A DNA stretch of 64,000 nt from Bacteroidaceae bacterium (GTDB taxonomy: Bacteria > Bacteroidota > Bacteroidia > Bacteroidales > Bacteroidaceae): contig JAZNDZ010000005.1 of the NCBI GenBank assembly GCA_045588345.1, forward strand, positions 1,138 to 65,137, written 5' to 3'. Position 1 is the first letter of the stretch. Each line of letters opens with the position of its first letter. Shown one piece after another: positions 57,145 to 64,000 of this stretch. The position numbers and the translations under genes were made by a program. The notes under the pieces are model-generated. The model had not been told where the DNA came from, made no database searches, and saw only the letters and a list, made by a program, of their open reading frames with translations.

Positions 57145-59988
57145 TTAATTATTTATATATAGGGTACTGCTAGTGTCAATTATGTCTTTAATAGCTGCAT
57201 TTGCTACTGAATCAACATGGGAGATATCACTGGCGAATAGTAATCCTATCGTAATAAAGTTCTCCCAACGCTGGTAACTATCCCAGAATGGCAACTTTTT
57301 TAGTGTCGCTAAATCAATGCGAGAATTGTTCATCTCATCTCTTGATTGATCAAGAGCCGAAAGGACTTCTAATAGAGGCTGAGGCTTTATATTCGAACTT
57401 GATGCTGCCGGGGACAAATCAATCTCCAAATGGCATGATTTTGCCTTTTGTGCAATATTTGCCATATCCTTTTCTGACATATATTCTCGACCTACTGTGC
57501 TAACAAAGTTATTTAATGTCAAAGAGGCATAATCAGCTATTGCATTAGGGAGTCCATTTCTATCAAAAACATCGTAATATCTATTTATCTTATCCGAAAT
57601 AGCTCGCTTAACACCAAGTTTGTTCAATAATGTTAGAATCATGAATGCTATCTCATCTGCATGAGGAAGCACATCGCCCATATTTTTTACTTGTTCGTTA
57701 ATATGGTTATTCCAATACTCAATGATGTGTTTAGCGATAACATCGGGGACAGTGGCTAGTAATTCACTTTCATCAGATATTACATCCTCTAATGTGACAC
57801 CCATTTCGGCAAAGAACGATTTTAATTCACTCTCTTCCTTATTGTATCTCTTGCAGAGTTTCTGGATATTAGTAGACTTATCATCGTTAATATCAATCTC
57901 ACAGAATGCACGAATCATCTTAATAGATGACACGCTCTGCGGTTCCTCAATATGACGAACTATGATGTCGTATGCAATGGTTCGAATGTCTGCAGACGAT
58001 ACCATCAAATCATCAATGATACGACCAAATCTTTCAGGTTTTTCACCAAAAGCAAATTCAGTCCTTAGTTTAATGTCTCCTGTAATTTGGCGTATTCTCA
58101 CATTGTTTTCTTCCTTGTCATCAGACTCATAGTAAACGCTTAACCTATTGATGATTTCATCGCGTATTTCTATAAGTTGCTGCAAGTATCGTTCGTGTCT
58201 TGCGTCATCAAGCACTTCGGCTATGGCATCAAGATTCCTAATGATAGCCTTAGAACCATCATTGTTAATTGTTGCTACATCATCCCAAGCTTGTTGAGGT
58301 TTAGCAAAATGCTTTTTAACAAAGGGATTTGCTAGGAAACTTTCTCTCAAATCGTCAAAATATCCCGGGTATTCATCGAATATATGGACACTACTCTCGG
58401 TAGTTCCCTTTTGCTCATTATATCCGTCAAACACTTGGTTTTTAGAGGACCAATAAAAGTCTCGAAGCAAATATACATTTTGGAAGCAAGGAGATGTAAA
58501 TGAGCCTCCTAGAGACACCCATTCATCAAGCCACTTCTCGGGCTCAATAATTTTTGGAATTGTAGTATTGAACCTTGCCCAGTGGTTGTCTAACTTTGAG
58601 GCTGACTCAGGCGTATCGTTCTTCGTTTTTTCAAGGTCAATGTTGAACTTTGTACAAATCAAAAACAGAGGTGCAATACCATTTGTCCTTGATAGTACAT
58701 TGGCTCTAACATCAGGTGTTTCACCGATATTATCCTCAATCCAATTATGTATAGATGCTCCAATTGTAGGTTCAGTCTTTTGGTCATTATGATGACAGAA
58801 GAGTACTGAACTAATCTTCAAAGAACGAGAGTACTTATTAAATAAATAGGCGACTTTTCCTCTTCGAAGAATCGTGGGCAGAACTTCTCCCAACTGCTGT
58901 TCCTTGATTTTTTCTCGGGATCGTGCACCCGGAAAATCCAATAAATCAATCTTCTTCAGGAATTTTCTTTCTGTTGCGATATCCTCTGGCAATACAAAAG
59001 TTAATTCTCCGATTAAAGCAGAGAGGTATGCTTTACTAAAATCTTTTGCAATAAGTTCGCCTTCACGATTATATACGTCTGTATAAAGGACATCATCATT
59101 AGACTCTTTATGAATACCACATACCGAATCAAGCCAATCAATCTTAAGCAATGTACCTTTATCTCTTAGTACTGCGTCGAACGGCACATACACTTCAGTT
59201 AAAAAGTCTAATTTTTTGTACTCATTGATAAGGGTACTGAACAATCTGTTTAACTCTGGATTATTATTCCATATAAGGCCAAAAATATTAACCCAGTTAT
59301 CGCTTGCTACATAACTAATAATAGGGGCAATAATTTTGCAAAAATTTGACTTGCAAATATTTGCAGCATTATTTCCAATGATATCATTGAGATAATCACA
59401 AATATCTCTTATGTCATCCTCAGTAATAATATTGTGAGCTGGCGACTTCCCACTCCACAATTCTTTCATTTGAGACAGAGAATTATCTATATCAGTGTTG
59501 AGCATAACACTATCCGTGTTAATCTTAACATCGTTATAATAAGAGTCTGCCAATAAAAGAATGATATCGACTACTGACAAGTTTGTGATTTTCACATAGT
59601 CAGCCATCTTCTTATTACTTTGCCTAATTGTAAAGCGAGTTATAACACCAGTAGATTCCTGTTTGGTATTATTGCCTCCGCTAGGATTAATCTCATCAAT
59701 AAAACTATAGCGAACGCCATTATTCTCAATAACAAATGGAGCATCTGGCGTTGACAGAAGGCTACTCATCAGATAGGATTTTCCGACCTGACTCTCACCA
59801 TATGCTGCAGCAGAACAGTTCTCCGAGAGAGCTTCTCCAATCCTTCTCAGCTTTCTGCGATAATTCTTAAACACTTCCCTTGGGAATGAGTCTTTCTCGT
59901 ATTTATCTGCCCAAGCAACTGATTGCTTGATAACTTCGAGGTTAGTAATTATATCTCTTGTCATATATGCCAAATTCAATTTATTCAA
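57145..59988 (-). CDS. SrfC-like large P-loop GTPase (dynamin-like) (operon gene 2)
   Basis: 947 aa. Walker A/G1 GESQVGKS (residues 64-71), candidate G2 GVITRFT, G3 LLDFPGARSRE (DxPG as in dynamins), candidate G4 CTKFNID, and a long helical C-terminal half. Confidence 0.65.
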   Translation of the reverse strand: MNKLNLAYMTRDIITNLEVIKQSVAWADKYEKDSFPREVFKNYRRKLRRIGEALSENCSAAAYGESQVGKSYLMSSLLSTPDAPFVIENNGVRYSFIDEINPSGGNNTKQESTGVITRFTIRQSNKKMADYVKITNLSVVDIILLLADSYYNDVKINTDSVMLNTDIDNSLSQMKELWSGKSPAHNIITEDDIRDICDYLNDIIGNNAANICKSNFCKIIAPIISYVASDNWVNIFGLIWNNNPELNRLFSTLINEYKKLDFLTEVYVPFDAVLRDKGTLLKIDWLDSVCGIHKESNDDVLYTDVYNREGELIAKDFSKAYLSALIGELTFVLPEDIATERKFLKKIDLLDFPGARSREKIKEQQLGEVLPTILRRGKVAYLFNKYSRSLKISSVLFCHHNDQKTEPTIGASIHNWIEDNIGETPDVRANVLSRTNGIAPLFLICTKFNIDLEKTKNDTPESASKLDNHWARFNTTIPKIIEPEKWLDEWVSLGGSFTSPCFQNVYLLRDFYWSSKNQVFDGYNEQKGTTESSVHIFDEYPGYFDDLRESFLANPFVKKHFAKPQQAWDDVATINNDGSKAIIRNLDAIAEVLDDARHERYLQQLIEIRDEIINRLSVYYESDDKEENNVRIRQITGDIKLRTEFAFGEKPERFGRIIDDLMVSSADIRTIAYDIIVRHIEEPQSVSSIKMIRAFCEIDINDDKSTNIQKLCKRYNKEESELKSFFAEMGVTLEDVISDESELLATVPDVIAKHIIEYWNNHINEQVKNMGDVLPHADEIAFMILTLLNKLGVKRAISDKINRYYDVFDRNGLPNAIADYASLTLNNFVSTVGREYMSEKDMANIAQKAKSCHLEIDLSPAASSSNIKPQPLLEVLSALDQSRDEMNNSRIDLATLKKLPFWDSYQRWENFITIGLLFASDISHVDSVANAAIKDIIDTSSTLYINN

Positions 59989-59991
59989 CCA

Positions 59992-62900
59992 TTAAAAATC
60001 AAATGCTCCAGAATCCAACCAATATTGATCATCAACACCCAAACTCTGAATGTGAATCTCAATACTGCTATCAGACAATTCAACTCCATTTCTATCTTTG
60101 ATAGAGCTAATAGTTAGATTCTCCTTATCTTCAGGATCACGGTCTATCGTAATCTTAAATGGCATTCGTTTTTTGAAACCCTCTACCTCGTCATTCGCCA
60201 TTGACTGAACAGCTGCATCTGAAGGATTATACCCGTTATCCAATGCTTTATTACGAATTTTGTTTACCAATTTCATATAGTTAAAGTCAATGGAATACAG
60301 CGCCCTTGACGGATAACTGGTCAAGCCGAATTGACGAACATTTAAGATATCAGGGATTCGGCTTACAGTCAGTTCTCCCTGCAACTTATCAGGAGTAATT
60401 AAGTACTCAATAGGCTGGCCATCTCTTGATGCTTCAATATAGTTGACCGTAGACTTCAGATTGCTCTTGAGTTTCTCCAAATTAATGGAGAACTTATCAA
60501 GATTAGAGTACTCGGAAGCATAATGGCCAATTACACCTCCCATAGCCACTATGGTCTTTGGATTGGTGATATATCCAGTGTTTTGACAGAAAGGGTACCA
60601 ATCACCAACATAGTAGTTGTTTAGAGTTATAAGTCGATTTGGCGATACAGGATAGTACTTTAAGAAGATGTTTCGTATTGCTGGTAACGATGACGGTCTT
60701 CCTGACAGTAAAATCACATCACAGGAATAAGCAAAGAACATTGTGGCAATCTTCTTCAAAAGTGGTTCAAACTCCTTTGAAATAATATCGGCTACGAACT
60801 CCTTATTGTACTCCCAAGTAAGAGATGTGATGTCTATTCCCATCCTTCTCTTAAAGTCGTCTATTACGCGTTGGTTAGGTTGGTTAACCTTAAATACATC
60901 GTCATACTTAACTATACAACTACAGCTATCATTTGATGCCAACTCCAAGAAATATGTCATCAACGGGATAGAATACTGTATATTGAAATCGCGCCTTGCA
61001 ATGCGATCGGCAATAGTTTGACCATTATAATCTGGGCCAAAGAAATTCTTAATCTTTTGCCTATACTGTATTGGGTCAAGACTACGAAGAGCCTTGCGGA
61101 AAGCACTATGCTTTTCGTCAAGCAACATCACATTCTTGACTAAGGCCTTGAGCATATCATCGCCTGCAAAATAGAAACTATCGTAAAACTTTGGATCCGG
61201 GGTAATGGTAGTTAAGTCACCTTTTGTGAAAGAGTATTCGCTAATCATCAAATCGGATGTTCCTGCTCCAATATCCAATGAACCAACTGTAAGTGTAGGT
61301 TGCTGATTACCATCCACAACCTTTCCGTACAAATTAAAGAATTCGCTACATACGCCTTTGTATTTATGGCCTACCTCGCCATAAATATACACGAGTTGAG
61401 CGCAAGTCGCTTCATCATAATACCACGAGCCATCATTATCCTTCATTGAACGTACAGCTGGTATAATATCGATGGCAGGAGCTCCATTGCCGTATATAAA
61501 TCTGCCATACAATGTAACAGCATCTTTAGCACATTTCACAAGGGCCTCTCTCTCAATCTTGGACATTGCGGTCGGGCAAGTAATAATTATTCGCTTTATC
61601 TTGCGTGGAACTGTTTTCCAGCCAACATCAATTCGATATGGCTCACTATTAATCTGGCTATTAGCCTGCGAGAGCATCTCCAAGAAGGCAAAGGTCATAA
61701 GGCTCCTTCTAGAGTAATGTGAAGAGCGCCCACCATCAGTACCTGTCACATCGATTCGTCCATCGCTCATAAGATTGGAACTAATGCCTCGAATATTAAG
61801 TATGTGATTAGACTCTTCACCTGGAAGAACTAAAAATTCCCACTCCTTTTTGCTTGGCTTATTATCCCACAAGTATCTTTTAGGACTTGAGTATGTTGAC
61901 AATGTCTCCTCTTCCCATGCTGAACTACAAGCGCGATGTATAAGGGCGCTTGCTTCCTGACCAAGTCTGATAAAGCTAGGATACACAAATTGCTTGCTAT
62001 CATTAATGCCAAAAGAGCCGAAATCAACTCTTCTAAAGGCTAAACGCATGTCGAAAGGTTCGTTGTAAGAACGGATACGAACTTTGTCATCTTTTTCCTG
62101 TAACAAATCCGTGTAATCAATTAAACTTAAAGGCTTAACTTGATTAAAATTCGAATTATCTTCAATCAATAATGCAGTAGTTCTAGAATTGCCAATATCT
62201 ATTACCATATCAACATTTCTAACTTCGACATCTTGGTCTTTGTACAACTTTATAGCTGGGAATAATTTGTTTTGAGCCAAATAATTCACCAAGAAAATGT
62301 AAGATGCAATGTAAGACATCTTGTGAGTATTTGCGCCCTTGATTTGCGACACACTGCTGAGTGTAGGATGAACCAATTTGAAAATATACTCATCAATATA
62401 GCTCCAATTCTCCTTTGGGGAACAATAGTCCATCAAGAAAAACTCGTTGTCGCATAACGCAAAATTCATCTCAGAGCAATACTGGTCAGGGAATACCGGA
62501 AACTCATTATATTCATCAGACGAATAACCAGCTCTTGTATCAAACGCGAGAATAACATCGTATTCAAGTTCGGTTTTACCTTCACTTCTAGGCACAAACT
62601 TAACTCGAGACCAGTTCATTGGGCTAAACTTAAAGCGCTTCTCTGTTCTTTTGAAAAAGTATGGAATAGGAATCCATTTATTCTCAAAATTCTTTAATGC
62701 GTTATGTTTGTCAGAGAAAGTCAACTTATATAGCTCTCCTCTGACTCCGTTGCACATTTCATCATCAATCTTGAGAGAATTGATTCCGTCATTTCGCAAT
62801 TCTATAGGATCATATTCGATTGTTGGGTCGTTCAGATAGCCTCCATCGAATAATTCGTGCTTGTCGTAAAACAAAACATTATCATCGGTAGCAACTTCAT

Positions 62901-63042
62901 GGGCAAGGTCCAATCTCCATTGCCCATTACTTGTGTCATACCATTCTCGGAACCACATTTTAAATTTATCCTGAGTATTCAATTTAAGTCTGAATGTCAG
63001 CAATTGAATACCTGAATTCGCTATCAATGAGAAGCTGTCCAT
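59992..63042 (-). CDS. SrfB-like protein with an actin/Hsp70 (ASKHA) ATPase core (operon gene 1)
   Basis: 1016 aa. The N-terminus SLIANSGIQLLTF resembles the SrfB family start as I recall it. ASKHA motifs occur in order: VIDIGNSRTTALL (phosphate 1), ITCPTAMS, DEATCA, LDIGAGTSDL (phosphate 2) and ILLSGRPSSLPAI (adenosine). Confidence 0.7.
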   Translation of the reverse strand: MDSFSLIANSGIQLLTFRLKLNTQDKFKMWFREWYDTSNGQWRLDLAHEVATDDNVLFYDKHELFDGGYLNDPTIEYDPIELRNDGINSLKIDDEMCNGVRGELYKLTFSDKHNALKNFENKWIPIPYFFKRTEKRFKFSPMNWSRVKFVPRSEGKTELEYDVILAFDTRAGYSSDEYNEFPVFPDQYCSEMNFALCDNEFFLMDYCSPKENWSYIDEYIFKLVHPTLSSVSQIKGANTHKMSYIASYIFLVNYLAQNKLFPAIKLYKDQDVEVRNVDMVIDIGNSRTTALLIEDNSNFNQVKPLSLIDYTDLLQEKDDKVRIRSYNEPFDMRLAFRRVDFGSFGINDSKQFVYPSFIRLGQEASALIHRACSSAWEEETLSTYSSPKRYLWDNKPSKKEWEFLVLPGEESNHILNIRGISSNLMSDGRIDVTGTDGGRSSHYSRRSLMTFAFLEMLSQANSQINSEPYRIDVGWKTVPRKIKRIIITCPTAMSKIEREALVKCAKDAVTLYGRFIYGNGAPAIDIIPAVRSMKDNDGSWYYDEATCAQLVYIYGEVGHKYKGVCSEFFNLYGKVVDGNQQPTLTVGSLDIGAGTSDLMISEYSFTKGDLTTITPDPKFYDSFYFAGDDMLKALVKNVMLLDEKHSAFRKALRSLDPIQYRQKIKNFFGPDYNGQTIADRIARRDFNIQYSIPLMTYFLELASNDSCSCIVKYDDVFKVNQPNQRVIDDFKRRMGIDITSLTWEYNKEFVADIISKEFEPLLKKIATMFFAYSCDVILLSGRPSSLPAIRNIFLKYYPVSPNRLITLNNYYVGDWYPFCQNTGYITNPKTIVAMGGVIGHYASEYSNLDKFSINLEKLKSNLKSTVNYIEASRDGQPIEYLITPDKLQGELTVSRIPDILNVRQFGLTSYPSRALYSIDFNYMKLVNKIRNKALDNGYNPSDAAVQSMANDEVEGFKKRMPFKITIDRDPEDKENLTISSIKDRNGVELSDSSIEIHIQSLGVDDQYWLDSGAFDF

Positions 63043-63140
63043 ATTTTTTACTTTTAACTAAACTTCAATTGTTGTGATTTTTTTTGCATCTCCTAACAGG
63101 AGATAGATTATTTTACCTAACAAATCGTAAGTTTATATGC

Positions 63141-63167
63141 AAAAAAGGAGCTCGCTCCCGAACTCCT
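63141..63167 (-). terminator. Terminator after the integrase gene, upstream of the operon
   Basis: The minus strand reads GGAGTTCG-GGAG-CGAGCTCC (one mismatch) followed by TTTTTT, 24 nt after the integrase stop. Confidence 0.55.
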
Positions 63168-63190
63168 CTAAAAAGCAGCAATCATAGCTT

Positions 63191-64000
63191 TCATAATAAT
63201 TTTAGTATTTTCTTATTGGCTTTGTCTATTACATGCGTTTCCAAAGAGGCCAGATATATCTGTGTAGTACTCTCAGAGTCATGTCCCATAGCTTCACTAA
63301 TAACAGATATTGATATTCCTTCATTTCTTGCAATACTTGCCCACGAATGGCGCGCAACATACATTGTCAATGGTAAGTTCAACCCCAACTCTCGACCAAT
63401 CGCTTTTAAGTTATGATTTATAAGTGTTAAAGCATTATGATACTGTTTTCGAGTATTCTTGGTAGGGTCTTTTATAATCGAAAGAAGAAATGGAGAAGTC
63501 AAGGATGAGTATTGATCAACAATCTTTTGCATACAATCTTCCCAATGGATAGATAGTAGTTGCCCTGTTTTCTTTCTTCTGTATGTCAGAACATCATCTG
63601 TCAGATTCTTCTTTTGCAAGTACGCTATATCCACAAATGACATACCTCGTGTATAGAAACTGAACAAGAATATATCACGAGCGAAACTCTTTGATGGAGA
63701 ACAACTCAGATCCAAATCTTTTAATTTGCGAACAAACTTCAACGGGATAGCTCTCTTAATAGTTTTTTCAGATGATGTAAACACCTTTTTGAAAGGATTC
63801 TTATTCTCCACATAACCATCTTCTACAGCATTATTATATATCGCCCGTAAGCGTTTCATATAGAAAGAGATTGTGTTGGGAGCCAATCCCTTCGCTCTCA
63901 AATGATACTCATACGAAATAAGCATTTCCGAATCAATACCATCAAAGCATACATCTACACCTTCCCTAAACTTCCTAAAACTATTAAGAGTTGCTTGATA
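63191..64000 (-). CDS. Tyrosine-type site-specific recombinase/integrase; N-terminus lies off the window
   Basis: The frame stays open upstream of the track Met to base 64000 (...YQATLNSFRKFREGVDVCFDGIDSE-MLISYEYHL). A SAM-like domain is followed by the catalytic region ARHSWAS...GH...TQIYL. Confidence 0.85.
   Translation of the reverse strand, partial: YQATLNSFRKFREGVDVCFDGIDSEMLISYEYHLRAKGLAPNTISFYMKRLRAIYNNAVEDGYVENKNPFKKVFTSSEKTIKRAIPLKFVRKLKDLDLSCSPSKSFARDIFLFSFYTRGMSFVDIAYLQKKNLTDDVLTYRRKKTGQLLSIHWEDCMQKIVDQYSSLTSPFLLSIIKDPTKNTRKQYHNALTLINHNLKAIGRELGLNLPLTMYVARHSWASIARNEGISISVISEAMGHDSESTTQIYLASLETHVIDKANKKILKLL

Larger units (their letters stand above)
45100..64000. mobile_element. 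Putative integrase-associated genomic island (left edge approximate, right edge off the window)
   Basis: Lower G+C on spot counts than the core, an integrase at the right end, accessory gene content, and an ORF-free repeat-rich junction at 45100-45970. No flanking att repeats or tRNA could be identified inside the window. Confidence 0.5.

Noticed and set aside
47654-63042. Identity with known defence systems that contain similar parts (Eleos/LeoABC dynamins, IetAS ATPase-subtilase) or with the canonical srfABC toxin operon
   Set aside because: The gene count and composition differ. There is no LeoBC-like pair, no IetA-type ATPase next to the protease and no evident SrfA. Extra elements are present: the Ras-like GTPase and four further membrane or secreted proteins. 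I judged this from memory of those systems, so it needs DefenseFinder/PADLOC confirmation.
63043-64000. Recombinase-controlled invertible promoter (shufflon or phase switch) for the operon
   Set aside because: No long inverted repeats flank the 148-bp intergenic region within the window; only a 7-bp stem is present. This cannot be excluded, because sequence beyond base 64000 is unseen.

Overview
This window looks like Bacteroidales chromosome. Supporting signs are TAnnTTTG -7 boxes, T9SS C-terminal sorting domains, DUF4834/DUF4249 families and a Ser-type sulfatase next to anSME. It runs into a visibly AT-rich accessory island. Bases 1-45100 are densely coded core. They hold housekeeping genes (pyrH, birA, tadA, pssA/psd, dnaE, trxA, nadA, prmA, gmd/fcl, kbl/tdh). 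They also hold a host-glycan harvesting cluster: a long NagB-like protein, anSME, a sulfatase, a ROK kinase, two GH20 hexosaminidases, a 1549-aa esterase-sialidase fusion and a sialate O-acetylesterase. Two of these enzymes carry T9SS sorting domains. From about 45100 to the right edge the composition drops. Spot counts on single 60-nt lines gave about 33-40% G+C there versus about 53-58% in the core; no full computation was done. This part contains an ORF-free, hairpin-rich 0.84-kb stretch, then an AAA ATPase with a PD-(D/E)xK tail that is flanked by two copies of a ~60-bp hairpin repeat. Next comes a nine-gene, ~15.4-kb minus-strand operon, followed by a tyrosine recombinase that runs off the window. 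The operon is the main candidate for an undescribed system. It combines an SrfB-like actin/Hsp70-fold ATPase, an SrfC-like dynamin-type GTPase, a membrane-anchored subtilase, a multipass membrane protein, a Ras-like GTPase with a possible Roadblock-like partner, and three membrane-anchored or secreted proteins. I saw no rRNA, tRNA or CRISPR array. All family assignments rest on motifs read by eye and need HMM or structure confirmation.
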